Source: an uncultured Arcobacteraceae bacterium
GTDB lineage: Bacteria > Campylobacterota > Campylobacteria > Campylobacterales > Arcobacteraceae
Reading direction: 5' to 3'
Length of the DNA: 64,000 nt
Assembly: GCA_964022095.1 (NCBI GenBank)
Contig: CAXHZO010000011.1
Span: forward strand, 1-64,000
The translations under genes and the position numbers were made by a program. Below the pieces are notes generated by a model that was not told where the DNA came from, did no database searches, and saw only the letters and a program-made list of their open reading frames with translations. Shown in pieces: positions 51,349-61,861 of the stretch. Position 1 is the first letter of the stretch. The number at the start of each line of letters is the position of its first letter.

Positions 51349-51725
51349 TTAAATGCAATTACATCAACTTCTACTAAAACATTTTTAGGAAGTGTTTTCA
51401 CTGCAACTGTAGCACGTGCAGGTGCAGTTTCAGCGGAGAAGTACTCTGCATATACTTCATTAAATGCTACAAAGTTATCCATATCTGATAAATAACAAGT
51501 AGTTTTAAGTACATTATCAAAAGATGAGTTTGCTTCTGTTAATACTGCTTTTAAGTTTTCCATAACTTGTTTTGTTTGCTCTTTGATTCCACCTTCACAA
51601 ATTTCCATTGTTTCAGTGATTAATGGAATTTGTCCTGATAAAAATACTAGCTTCTCAAAAGAAGTTCCTTGGTTATATGGGCCAATTGCCGATGGTGCTT
51701 TATTAGTAGAAATTATTTCTTTCAT
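51342..51725 (-). CDS. ridA: RidA family reactive intermediate/imine deaminase
   Basis: APSAIGPY, SGQIP, FNEVY, PARATVAV..LP..VLVEVD. Confidence 0.92.
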   Translation of the reverse strand: MKEIISTNKAPSAIGPYNQGTSFEKLVFLSGQIPLITETMEICEGGIKEQTKQVMENLKAVLTEANSSFDNVLKTTCYLSDMDNFVAFNEVYAEYFSAETAPARATVAVKTLPKNVLVEVDVIAFKN

Positions 51726-51759
51726 AAAAATCCTTTATATTTTTTAAGATGGTATTATA

Positions 51760-52893
51760 TTAGAATCTTCTTTTTATTACAATTATTATTAAAATAATTA
51801 AAATAAACCAACCAAAAATTTCAAAGAATTTTTGAACACCAAAAATACTAACTAAAGGCATAGTAAGTATGGGAGAGAAAAACTGTCCCATAAATAATGA
51901 GCTTGTTAGATATCCTGAACTCTTTACTCTTTTTTCTGGTTTTACTAAAGTTAACATCCAAGAAGTTACACAAGTCATTAGTAAACCTCCACCAAATCCC
52001 ATCAGTGGCGAAGTTAAGAAAAAGTAATAGACATTATCTATAATTCCAATAATAATAAATCCAATACCAATTACTACTAACCCAATGATATAAATAGTAC
52101 TAAATTTTAGTTTCTTTTTTAACCTTGCAAAAGCCAATGCACCCAAACCATTAAAAACAAAGGCAAGACTTATAATACCACCTGCTAATGTTCCACTTGC
52201 ACTAAAATGATTCATAATCAAAAATGGCATTTGTGTTGGTAAAATATAAAAAATCACCATCAAAATAAATGCTAAAACATAAATAAAAAACACTCTATTA
52301 TCAGCTGTTTCTTCTTCTAATTCTTGATCTTGGATTGGTATTTCTTTTACATATTTTAATACAAAAGGTAAAAGAACAACTCCAATAGAATAAATCAAAA
52401 ATGGATAATGCCAAGAGATATCACTAAGCATTCCTCCACCTGCTACAAATAGCACTCCTCCAAGAGAAGTAAAAGCCATTTGTACACCCATGAATCTATG
52501 TCTTTGCTCACCTTTAAAGTAATCCCCTACTAAAGAAGTAGATACAATCATAAGTATTGCAACAGATATTCCAAATACTGCTCTTGATACTAATATTTGT
52601 TCAATACTTTGTAAATAAAACCCTGCAGTTCCAGTTAGTGAAAAAAGAATCAGTGCAAAAACAGCAGAGTTTTTCTTACCAATTTTATATACAAAATGCC
52701 CTAAAAAAGGCGCTAAAAAAGCTATTGTAAAAGATGGCAAAGTAACTATTAGTCTAGAATATAGTTCTATATTATCTATTTTAAAAATATCTTTTAAGTG
52801 AGGAATCACTGTAATTATTGCAACATTACTCATCATTGTTGTTACTGCTAAAAGTAACAGTGTGAGTTTAGTTAAGTTTGAGATTTGGTTCAA
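51760..52893 (-). CDS. MFS transporter
   Basis: About 12 TM helices; LVGDYFKGEQR MFS-like loop. Confidence 0.85.
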   Translation of the reverse strand: MNQISNLTKLTLLLLAVTTMMSNVAIITVIPHLKDIFKIDNIELYSRLIVTLPSFTIAFLAPFLGHFVYKIGKKNSAVFALILFSLTGTAGFYLQSIEQILVSRAVFGISVAILMIVSTSLVGDYFKGEQRHRFMGVQMAFTSLGGVLFVAGGGMLSDISWHYPFLIYSIGVVLLPFVLKYVKEIPIQDQELEEETADNRVFFIYVLAFILMVIFYILPTQMPFLIMNHFSASGTLAGGIISLAFVFNGLGALAFARLKKKLKFSTIYIIGLVVIGIGFIIIGIIDNVYYFFLTSPLMGFGGGLLMTCVTSWMLTLVKPEKRVKSSGYLTSSLFMGQFFSPILTMPLVSIFGVQKFFEIFGWFILIILIIIVIKRRF

Positions 52894-52901
52894 TATTTTA
52901 C

Positions 52902-53675
52902 TTAGGAATTATTAAGAAAGAAAAGTTCAAAAGTTCTATTGACTTTATTTAGTACCTCTTCATTTTTTCTTATTAGTTTATGGTTTGATTGTCCTGCTTT
53001 TACTATCGCTTTTGAGTAGGGAATAACATTTTCATCATCTAAGTATTCATTTACATCTACCCATTTTGCATCTTCTATTTCATCAGTATCATTTATATTT
53101 ATTTCAGATGTTAAAGGTTTGGCACAACATAAAATATATAAATTTGATTTATGAAATTGATGTGGATAAAAATGCCCAAGAGAAACTACAGATTCAAACT
53201 GTACTTTTATTCCTGTTTCTTCATATACTTCTCTAATGGCAGCTGTTGAGATCATTTCAGCATCATCAATATGCCCACCAGGAAGTTTATACCCAATAGT
53301 ACTGATTTTCTCTTTTATTACAAGAAGTTCATTTTTTTCATTTATAACTACAACCCCTACTCCTAAAGTATGATTTGCAGCAGTGGGAATAATAGCATTT
53401 GGTTTTAATCTTCTTACAACTAAAACATAATCTTCACCGCAAGAGTGAAAAAAGAACTCTTTTTTTGTTGCTATTTGTATAAAATTTGATTTTTCAATAG
53501 GTATATAAATCCATATCAAAAATCTGTGATTTATAGTCTCTTGTATTAAAAAATCAAGATTTAATTCAAACTCATTTATATCATCTGGTAAATCTTTTGC
53601 ATCAATTGTAAGACCATTATATGGGTCTAATATAGTTTTAAAACACCCTATTTCTTCTACACTTGTATTTTTCAT
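52902..53675 (-). CDS. NUDIX hydrolase with N-terminal pre-NUDIX domain (Nudt6-like)
   Basis: Nudix box PGGHIDDAEMISTAAIREVYEETG; ANHTLGVG. Confidence 0.9.
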   Translation of the reverse strand: MKNTSVEEIGCFKTILDPYNGLTIDAKDLPDDINEFELNLDFLIQETINHRFLIWIYIPIEKSNFIQIATKKEFFFHSCGEDYVLVVRRLKPNAIIPTAANHTLGVGVVVINEKNELLVIKEKISTIGYKLPGGHIDDAEMISTAAIREVYEETGIKVQFESVVSLGHFYPHQFHKSNLYILCCAKPLTSEININDTDEIEDAKWVDVNEYLDDENVIPYSKAIVKAGQSNHKLIRKNEEVLNKVNRTFELFFLNNS

Positions 53676-53688
53676 AGACCTATCTTAA

Positions 53689-54303
53689 CTAAAATGAAAT
53701 TAAATCTATTAAAGAATAAGCAATATAAAGCATAAGTAAACCAATACCTACATCTAATATTTTCCATGTGATTGGTTTTTTAAATAGTGGTATTAAAAAC
53801 CTTGCCCCAAAACCTAACATACTAAACCAAACACTAGAGGCTAAAACTGCACCAAAAAGAAAATATAGTTTTAGACTATCTTCAATATTTGCACCAATTC
53901 CACCAATTAATAATACAGTATCTAAGTATGTATGAGGGTTTAAATACGTAAATACCAAAATCATAGTAATTACTTTTTTTAAAGGATTAGTTTTAACTTC
54001 ATCATCAATTTTTAAACTCTCATTTTTTAAAGCTGATTTAAATGATAAAAAAGCATAAGAAACTAAAAATATTATTCCAAAAATTGCAATTGAATTTATA
54101 AGAAGTTGATTACCTTTGATAAAAAAACCTAGACCATAAACACCTAAAGTAATAAGTAAAAAATCAGAGATTACACATATTAAAACTGCAGGTAAGACAT
54201 ACTGTCTTAGAAGTCCTAATTTTAGTAAATATGCATTTTGAGCACCTATTGCTACAATCAAAGAGAAGGTAACAATAAAGCCTTTTAAAAGAATATCAAG
54301 CAT
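53689..54303 (-). CDS. LysE/ArgO family amino-acid exporter
   Basis: LIVAIGAQNAY, LNPHTYLDTV. Confidence 0.92.
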   Translation of the reverse strand: MLDILLKGFIVTFSLIVAIGAQNAYLLKLGLLRQYVLPAVLICVISDFLLITLGVYGLGFFIKGNQLLINSIAIFGIIFLVSYAFLSFKSALKNESLKIDDEVKTNPLKKVITMILVFTYLNPHTYLDTVLLIGGIGANIEDSLKLYFLFGAVLASSVWFSMLGFGARFLIPLFKKPITWKILDVGIGLLMLYIAYSLIDLISF

Positions 54304-54925
54304 TTAGATACATCTTAACTAAACTCACAGTTCCACCAACTATAAACTGTACTGCAATTGCACCAACAATTAATCCCATAAGTTTAGTAATAATATTTTG
54401 TCCCGTTTGTCCAAGATATTTTTTTATATAAATTGAATTTTTTAAAACTAAATAAAGAATTAAGGCATTTACACAAAAAGCAATTAAAATAGATACCACA
54501 TCAAGTGCAGTTTGAGCTTGGTGCTTAAAAATAATAATCGTAGTAAATAACCCTGTTCCAAAAGCAATTGGAATACCAATTGGAATTATTGCTAATTCTT
54601 GATCATCTTTTTTATCATTATTTTTTACATCACCTGTTTTTGGGCCATTTACCATGGAAATTGCCATTAAAATAAGTACTAATCCACCCATTACTTTTAA
54701 TGAATTTTCACCTATTCCAAAAAGTTTTAAAATAGCATCACCTGTTATTAGAACTATTATAAAAGCTATTAAAATAGTAATTGTTGTTTTAAATGCAATT
54801 GAAGATATTTGTGATTTTGTAATATTAGAGCTAAGTAGTGAAAGTGCGATTGCACTTACACCAATAGGATCCATAATAGCAAAAAATGTAATTGTTTGCT
54901 GTAGTAAAAGTGAAGTAAAATCCAC
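54296..54925 (-). CDS. MarC family membrane protein
   Basis: FFAIMDPIG, IIPIGIP, KLMGLIVGAIAVQF. Confidence 0.9.
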   Translation of the reverse strand: MDFTSLLLQQTITFFAIMDPIGVSAIALSLLSSNITKSQISSIAFKTTITILIAFIIVLITGDAILKLFGIGENSLKVMGGLVLILMAISMVNGPKTGDVKNNDKKDDQELAIIPIGIPIAFGTGLFTTIIIFKHQAQTALDVVSILIAFCVNALILYLVLKNSIYIKKYLGQTGQNIITKLMGLIVGAIAVQFIVGGTVSLVKMYLNA

Positions 54926-55890
54926 TAACTCATTCCACCTTTAGAAGCCATGTTTTTTTCTAGTCTATGACCAATAAAACTTAAAACTGAAGTTATACAT
55001 AAATATAAAAGTGCAACAACAATCCATGTTTCAAAAGGAGAGAAAGTATTTGCAACGATCTCTTTACCAACTTTTGTTAAATCTGTAATTGAAATTACAG
55101 AAACTAAAGATGAATCTTTCACAAGTGCGATCATTTCTCCAACTAATGTTGGCAATGCTCTTTTAAAAGCTTGAGGTAAGATGATATATCTCATAGCTTG
55201 AAAATTTGAAATACCAAGTGACTTAGCAGCTTCAAGTTGACCTTTATCAATAGATTGAATAGCACCTCTTAGAATTTCTGCCATATAAGCACCAAAGAAA
55301 ATACCAAGTGATAATACACCAGCTACAAAACTTTCTAATCCAAATATATTAGCTACAATAAAATAGAATAAAAAGATTTGTACAAGTAAAGGTGTACCTC
55401 TTACAATAGTAATATAAACCGTTGCGATACTTCTTAAAAAACTCAAAGATGACAATTTCATAAATGCGACTATAATACCTATTATAAATGTCAATACAGC
55501 AGCTAAAAATGATATCTTAAGAGTCATCCACAGACCGTTTAATATAGGACCTGCTTTTGTTTCAGTTTTAGAAGCAATATAATCATATTGATAAATATTG
55601 TCTCCAACTTCATAATCAAATGAAAAACTACTATCCAAATTTGTTAGCTCTATCTTTTCATCACCATCAATAAAGTATTTTCCATTTTCTAATACTAGTT
55701 TTCCATTTGCTGGTGCTTCAATACTTATTGTTTCTTCATATACAAAATATTTAGGAACAGAATTCCACTTCCAAACATAATTCATGTTTGAAGCAGCCAT
55801 ATAGAAAAAGTAACCAACTACTACATAAAAACATAGAGCAATTAAATGCCCTGTGTTTTTATTTTGTGTCCAAGATTGTTTTTTAGCCAT
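54925..55890 (-). CDS. Polar amino-acid ABC transporter permease
   Basis: RGTPLLVQI, AYMAEILRGAIQSIDKGQLEAA, KDSSL. Confidence 0.93.
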   Translation of the reverse strand: MAKKQSWTQNKNTGHLIALCFYVVVGYFFYMAASNMNYVWKWNSVPKYFVYEETISIEAPANGKLVLENGKYFIDGDEKIELTNLDSSFSFDYEVGDNIYQYDYIASKTETKAGPILNGLWMTLKISFLAAVLTFIIGIIVAFMKLSSLSFLRSIATVYITIVRGTPLLVQIFLFYFIVANIFGLESFVAGVLSLGIFFGAYMAEILRGAIQSIDKGQLEAAKSLGISNFQAMRYIILPQAFKRALPTLVGEMIALVKDSSLVSVISITDLTKVGKEIVANTFSPFETWIVVALLYLCITSVLSFIGHRLEKNMASKGGMS

Positions 55891-55893
55891 TTA

Positions 55894-56703
55894 CTATTGA
55901 ACTCTTTTTAACCAAGCTGTATCTTTAAGCCATTTTTCATTTAAGTTGTCATAGAAACCTACAACTTTGTCTTCTTTTACTTGTCTTAAGAAGTTGTTTA
56001 ACCAGTTTAAGAAATCTGGATCACCTTTTCTAATTCCCCAACCTAATGGCTCATAAGTTAATGGTTCATCTAGGTGAACTAATTTTCCTTTTCCTTTATC
56101 ACTCATAAATAAAATATTATATGGTTGGTCATATACAAAAGCATCTGCTTTTCCATTTAGTACTTCACTAGCGGCATCTGCTTCTGTTTCAAAAGTTACG
56201 ATTTTTGCTTTTTTAAAGAATTTTCTTGTTGCAACTTCACCAGAAACACCAAGTTTAGTAACAATAGTATATTCAGGTTTATCTAACTCTTTTGCACTTT
56301 TAGCAGAAAGACCTTTTTTCATCATAACAGTTTGTCCAACAACAACATATGGATCAGCAAAGTTAATTTTTAAGTTTCTTTGTTGAGAAATAGTCATACC
56401 AGACATGATGATATCACATTTTTCAGTTACAAGTGCAGCAATAATACCATCCCAAGCAGTAGGAAGTAATTTTAACTTAACACCCATTTCTTTAGCCATT
56501 TTTTTAGCCATATCTACATCATAACCTATGATTCTTCCCTTTTTGTCTTTCATCTCAAAAGGCATATACCCAGGTTCTAAACATACTTGTAATTCACCTC
56601 TTTGAATAATTTTATTCAATGTAGAATTCTTCCAAAGGTTAATATCAGCTGCAAACATATTTAATGTTGCAAAAGCCATCATTGCTAGTACTATTTTTTT
56701 CAT
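55894..56703 (-). CDS. Polar amino-acid ABC transporter substrate-binding protein
   Basis: Signal peptide; YMPFE, GYDVD, WDGII, SGMTI...RN. Confidence 0.93.
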   Translation of the reverse strand: MKKIVLAMMAFATLNMFAADINLWKNSTLNKIIQRGELQVCLEPGYMPFEMKDKKGRIIGYDVDMAKKMAKEMGVKLKLLPTAWDGIIAALVTEKCDIIMSGMTISQQRNLKINFADPYVVVGQTVMMKKGLSAKSAKELDKPEYTIVTKLGVSGEVATRKFFKKAKIVTFETEADAASEVLNGKADAFVYDQPYNILFMSDKGKGKLVHLDEPLTYEPLGWGIRKGDPDFLNWLNNFLRQVKEDKVVGFYDNLNEKWLKDTAWLKRVQ

Positions 56704-56730
56704 TTTGTCTCCTTGTTTTTGTTAAATAAA

Positions 56731-57471
56731 TTAGTGAATTAAAATTTCATTTAGAAACTTTTTAGCTCTTTGACTTTTTGGGTTTTCAAAAAACTCTTTT
56801 GGTGTAGTTTCTTCAATAATTACACCCTCATCCATAAATACAATTCTATCTCCAACTTCTTTTGCAAAACCCATTTCATGAGTTACACAAACTATTGTAA
56901 AACTCTCTTTTGCTAAATCTTTCATAACTGAAAGCACATCACCAATAGTTTCAGGATCAAGTGCAGATGTTGGTTCATCAAAAAGTATAATCTTTGGTTT
57001 CATTGCTAAGCTTCTAGCTATTGCAACTCTTTGCTTTTGACCACCACTTAAATCACCTGGATATGAATCTGCTTTATGCTCAAGTTTAACTTTCTTTAAT
57101 AAAGACATTGCTACTTCTTGTACATCAACCTTTTTCATATCTTTAACAAGTTGTGGGGCTAAAGTTATATTTTCTAAAATTGTCAAATGGGGAAATAAAT
57201 TAAAATGCTGAAATACCATTCCTACTTCACTTCTAATTGTTTGAAGATTTTTCTTTTTCTCATGAATATCAATATTGTCAACAACTATATTTCCATTATC
57301 AATATCTTCTAAACCATTAATACAACGAATTAAAGTAGATTTTCCAGAACCACTAGGTCCACAAACTACAACAATTTCACCTCGTGCTACACTAAAATCA
57401 ATATCTTTTAATACATGAAAGTCATCATAATATTTATTGATTTTAGACATAGAGATTATGTTTTCTGCCAT
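56731..57471 (-). CDS. Polar amino-acid ABC transporter ATPase (GlnQ-like)
   Basis: [36 protein letters not shown]. Confidence 0.95.
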   Translation of the reverse strand: MAENIISMSKINKYYDDFHVLKDIDFSVARGEIVVVCGPSGSGKSTLIRCINGLEDIDNGNIVVDNIDIHEKKKNLQTIRSEVGMVFQHFNLFPHLTILENITLAPQLVKDMKKVDVQEVAMSLLKKVKLEHKADSYPGDLSGGQKQRVAIARSLAMKPKIILFDEPTSALDPETIGDVLSVMKDLAKESFTIVCVTHEMGFAKEVGDRIVFMDEGVIIEETTPKEFFENPKSQRAKKFLNEILIH

Positions 57472-57613
57472 AATACCTCTTTTTAAAATTTGCTAAGAGC
57501 AAATCATACAATAGATAATGTTAATTAAAAATATATTAAATACATAGTTTATATACAATTTAAATACAATTTAAATATTTTAGAATATAATCCATCTTTT
57601 TATTGGAGAAATC

Positions 57614-58495
57614 ATGATTATAAATAAACTGCAATCTTATAAAGCAGACTTATTACTATTGTCTGTTGCTATTGCATGGGGTGTTACATTTTTAATGGTT
57701 CAAGAAGCAATTGATACTACTCCTGTTTATTCATTTTTATTTTTTAGATTTTCATTAGCTTCACTTATTATGTTTGTTCTTGCTTATAAATTTTTTAGAT
57801 TTTTTAATATGAAAACACTTTTATATGGAATCATTTTAGGAATATTTTTATTTTCTGCTTTTGCAACCCAAACATTTGGACTAGCATATACAAGTAGTTC
57901 CATTGTTGCTTTTATCACAGGATTAAATGTAATTGTAGTTCCTTTTTTAGCATACTTACTTTTTAAAAATACCGTAAAACTAAATGTATTTATAGCAACT
58001 ATTCTTGCAGTAATTGGACTTTATATGCTAACTATGAGTGGAACATTAACATTTCAAAAAGGTGAATTTCTAACTTTAATTTGTGCAATATTATTTGCAC
58101 TACAAATTATATTCACTGGAAAATTTTCAAAAGAGGTAAATGTATTTTTATTAGTTTTAATTCAATTAATAACAGTTTCTGTTTTATCTCTTATTTTTTC
58201 ACTTGGATTAGATAGTGCAACATTTGATATTCCATATGATTATGCATTTTTTAAAGCAGTTATTATTACTGCAATATTTGCTACAGTTTATGCTTTTTTA
58301 ATACAAACATATATGCAACAATTCACAACAGCAACAAAAACTGCAATTATATTTACTATGGAGCCAGTAAGTGCTGGCGTGTTTGGATACTTTATTGCAA
58401 ATGAACTACTAACATCAACTCAATTAATTGGTGCATCTATAATTATTTTTGCAACTTTACTTGCAGAAATTAAACTAAAAAAGAGAAATACATGA
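57614..58495 (+). CDS. DMT/EamA family transporter
   Basis: About 10 TM helices; AWGVTF, FFRF, EPV motifs. Confidence 0.88.
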   Translation: MIINKLQSYKADLLLLSVAIAWGVTFLMVQEAIDTTPVYSFLFFRFSLASLIMFVLAYKFFRFFNMKTLLYGIILGIFLFSAFATQTFGLAYTSSSIVAFITGLNVIVVPFLAYLLFKNTVKLNVFIATILAVIGLYMLTMSGTLTFQKGEFLTLICAILFALQIIFTGKFSKEVNVFLLVLIQLITVSVLSLIFSLGLDSATFDIPYDYAFFKAVIITAIFATVYAFLIQTYMQQFTTATKTAIIFTMEPVSAGVFGYFIANELLTSTQLIGASIIIFATLLAEIKLKKRNT

Positions 58496-59382
58496 ATTTA
58501 TTTGGCGCATTAATTTTAACATTTGCAATGTTTATTTGGGGAAGTTCTTTTATTGCTTTAAAAATAGCAATGCAAGACATTGGACCACTAACAGTTATAT
58601 TTTTTAGAATGCTAATTGCATCATTGTGTTTTGTATATTTTATAAAGAGTTTTTTACAATTTAATTTTAATAAAAAAAATATACGATTATTACTTTTATT
58701 AGCTTTTTTTGAGCCTTGCTTATACTTTATATTTGAAGCAAAAGCATTACAACTAACAACTGTTTCTCAAGCAGGAATGATTACCTCACTTTTACCTATT
58801 ATTGTAGGAGTTGCAGCAGGATATTTTCTAAAAGAGAAAATCACACTAAGACTTGTAATAGGTGCACTAATAGCCTTAAGTGGAGCAGTTTTACTTAGCT
58901 CAAATGCGACAATCTCAACACAAGCTCCAAATCCAGCTCTTGGAAACTTCTTTGAATTTTTAGCAATGGCTTGTGGTGCAGGATATACAATAGTTGCACG
59001 ATATCTTACAAAAGAGTTTTCAGCCTTGTTTATCACTGCATTTCAAGTATTTATTGGTGTAGTTTTCTTTTTTCCAATGTTTATTTATGAAAGTATGACT
59101 ATGGAAATGAACTATACGTTTGATGCTATTAGTTCACTATTTTATTTAGGTGTAGTTGTAACACTTGCAGGGTATGGATTATATAATTATGCCCTAACAA
59201 AAATAGAAGCTTCAAAAGCTGCTATTTTTATATATTTAATTCCTATTTTTTCATTAATATTAGCAAATTTAATACTACATGAAAAAATTACTATTTTAGA
59301 GCTTGTAGCATCGGCTATAATACTATTTGGAGTATTTATTAGTGAATTTCCTATAAAGAGGTTTATGAAAAACAAAGCATAA
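58492..59382 (+). CDS. DMT/EamA family transporter
   Basis: IWGSSF, FFRM, EPCLYF..E, LKEK and LHEK repeats. Confidence 0.88.
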   Translation: MNLFGALILTFAMFIWGSSFIALKIAMQDIGPLTVIFFRMLIASLCFVYFIKSFLQFNFNKKNIRLLLLLAFFEPCLYFIFEAKALQLTTVSQAGMITSLLPIIVGVAAGYFLKEKITLRLVIGALIALSGAVLLSSNATISTQAPNPALGNFFEFLAMACGAGYTIVARYLTKEFSALFITAFQVFIGVVFFFPMFIYESMTMEMNYTFDAISSLFYLGVVVTLAGYGLYNYALTKIEASKAAIFIYLIPIFSLILANLILHEKITILELVASAIILFGVFISEFPIKRFMKNKA

Positions 59383-59443
59383 TGCTTTTTTCATGCGACT
59401 TTTAACTGCTAAAATTTTTAAGAAAAATTAAAGGAGTTAAGAG

Positions 59444-60556
59444 ATGAGTAAGTTTTTGTATATTACAGACCAAAACGAATTTACTGACCACAGTTTTATA
59501 GGCCCTTTATTCCAAAAATACTTAACAAAACATTTTGATATTAATACAACATTTTTTTCAGATTATAAATTTGATATTGAGATTCAAGATAATGGAACAA
59601 TTGTTATTCCAGAAAAGTTTAAAGGTAATATCCTAAAAGAATTAGAAAATGCAGGTGTTGATTTGTCAAGTTATGATTTTGTTGTTGTAAGAAATAGTAC
59701 TAATTTATTAAAAGAAGTACTAAAAAAAAGACTATCTTACAATTTCAAAGTAGGATTTAGACTATCTTTTCCAAAAAGAATCGCAAAACTTCAAACAGAT
59801 GAAGCAAATAATAAAAAGTCTTTAATTGATGTTATTAGTAATAAAGTAAAAACATATGGAGAAATAGGACTTATAAATGAATGTGATATTTTCTTACCCA
59901 CTTCATTTAAAATGAAAAATGATTACTTCAAAGATGTAAAAGTTAGAAGTTTCGTTATCCCTTCTGCAATTGACCCTGATAATTTACATACTAATGTTCA
60001 ACATGAAGGAAGTGAAAAAAGATTTTTCTATGCAGGAACACTTGATAAACTTAGAGAATTTGAAACTATATTAGAAGCATTCTCTAGTATAAATAGTTCT
60101 AATTACAAACTTATGATTTCTACAAAAGATCCGGCTTATTTAAATAAACTTATAAAAGAGTATTCAGTTCTTGAAAATAATATTGAAGTATATGAAGCAA
60201 AAACAAGAAAACAGCTATTAGAAGTTATTGCAAAAGCAGATATTGGACTTGCTACACTTCCTGATATAGAATTATTTAATAGTTCAACTCCTATGAAGGT
60301 ACTAGATTACTATTCAAGTGCAATTCCATGTATTATGAGCGGAAATGAAAATAATGCTTCTATATTTGAAGACAATGAAAGCGCCTGGTTTGTAAACTTC
60401 AATGAAGACTCAATTAGAGAAAAACTTGAATATATAATTTCACTTTCAAAAGATGATGTTACAAAAGTAGGAGTTAATGGTCAAAATAGATTATTAGCAG
60501 TAAGAAATTATGAAAGAATTGCAGCTGACTTAGCACATCAATTAAATATATTATAG
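59444..60556 (+). CDS. GT-B glycosyltransferase (GT4-like)
   Basis: [25 protein letters not shown]-terminal motif. Confidence 0.75.
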   Translation: MSKFLYITDQNEFTDHSFIGPLFQKYLTKHFDINTTFFSDYKFDIEIQDNGTIVIPEKFKGNILKELENAGVDLSSYDFVVVRNSTNLLKEVLKKRLSYNFKVGFRLSFPKRIAKLQTDEANNKKSLIDVISNKVKTYGEIGLINECDIFLPTSFKMKNDYFKDVKVRSFVIPSAIDPDNLHTNVQHEGSEKRFFYAGTLDKLREFETILEAFSSINSSNYKLMISTKDPAYLNKLIKEYSVLENNIEVYEAKTRKQLLEVIAKADIGLATLPDIELFNSSTPMKVLDYYSSAIPCIMSGNENNASIFEDNESAWFVNFNEDSIREKLEYIISLSKDDVTKVGVNGQNRLLAVRNYERIAADLAHQLNIL

Positions 60557-60564
60557 GAAAATTT

Positions 60565-61836
60565 ATGAACAAAAACTCACTTGTAATTTCATTCGTAGCT
60601 ATAGTATCAATAGTATTATTAACTCTTTTAAATAAAGAAGCAACTAATGTTGCTATTGGTATTTCTGTTTTATCTGTATTAATAATAATAGGTTTAAACT
60701 TTTTTCTTAGAGAAAAAACAACAAATGAAATTGTCCAAGAAGAAGTTGTGCAAGAAGAATCTATAGATGATGTTTTCTTAGATGAGATACTAGAAGTTAC
60801 TAAACAATCTTCTAATGGTGAATATGACATTAGGATTACGAAAAATGGTAGTGATGAAAAACTTCAATTAATTGCAAATAATATTAATAATACTTTAGAT
60901 CAATTTAGAAAATCTATTGATTCTATTAAATTATTTATGGAAAAATATCATCAAAATGACTTTACAATTCAGATTGAAAATAGTTACGACAATGATTTAA
61001 AAGAGATGGTTGATGAAATAAATCAAGTAAACATCAAAATATCAAAAATGTTATTAAGTAGTTTAAAAAATAATACAAAATTAAATGCAAACTCTGATGA
61101 ACTAAAAGCAAACATGGACTCATTAGGAGATAGTGTTATTCAACAATCTGCAACACTAGAAGAAACAGCAGCAGCAATTGATGAGATCACAAGTACAGTA
61201 ATTAATAACAATAAAAGTGTAAATGATATGCTTCAATATTCTGAAAAGCTGAGTGCTTCTATTGATAAGGGATACTCAAATGCTAGAGAAAATGCACAAT
61301 TAATGGATGGGATAAGTGAAAAGACAAATGCAATAGAAGAAGCAATTGTAATTATTGATCAAATAGCATTCCAAACAAATATTCTATCTCTAAATGCAGC
61401 AGTTGAGGCTGCAACAGCAGGAGAAGCTGGAAAAGGTTTTGCTGTAGTTGCACAAGAAGTTAGAAATCTAGCTTCAAGAAGTGCTGAAGCTGCAAATGAA
61501 ATAAAAAAATTAGTAAATGATGCTACAGAAGTTACACAACAAGGTAAAAATGCTTCAAATGATATGATAAATGAATACACAATTATTAATGAAAATATTG
61601 ATAAAACAAAAAGTGTTATTAATGAAGTTTCAAACTCTTTAAAAGAGCAAGAAAGAGGAATTGCACAAATTAATGACGCAGTATCTCAACTAGACAAAAC
61701 AACTCAAGAAAATACTATAAGAGCACAAAATACACTACAAGTCGCAAATATAAATCATGAAATGGCTAAAAAAATGGTAGAAGATACAAATAAAACTAAT
61801 TTTTTTGGAAGAGATGATTCTAATTCTAAAAATTAA
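60565..61836 (+). CDS. Methyl-accepting chemotaxis protein without a periplasmic sensor domain
   Basis: [37 protein letters not shown] hairpin tip; two adjacent N-terminal TM helices. Confidence 0.93.
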   Translation: MNKNSLVISFVAIVSIVLLTLLNKEATNVAIGISVLSVLIIIGLNFFLREKTTNEIVQEEVVQEESIDDVFLDEILEVTKQSSNGEYDIRITKNGSDEKLQLIANNINNTLDQFRKSIDSIKLFMEKYHQNDFTIQIENSYDNDLKEMVDEINQVNIKISKMLLSSLKNNTKLNANSDELKANMDSLGDSVIQQSATLEETAAAIDEITSTVINNNKSVNDMLQYSEKLSASIDKGYSNARENAQLMDGISEKTNAIEEAIVIIDQIAFQTNILSLNAAVEAATAGEAGKGFAVVAQEVRNLASRSAEAANEIKKLVNDATEVTQQGKNASNDMINEYTIINENIDKTKSVINEVSNSLKEQERGIAQINDAVSQLDKTTQENTIRAQNTLQVANINHEMAKKMVEDTNKTNFFGRDDSNSKN

Positions 61837-61861
61837 AAACTAGAGAAATTCTCTAGTTTTT
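61835..61861. terminator. Bidirectional terminator with the same stem as the CRISPR-flanking repeat
   Basis: aaaaactagag-aaatt-ctctagttttt between convergent stops. Confidence 0.85.
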
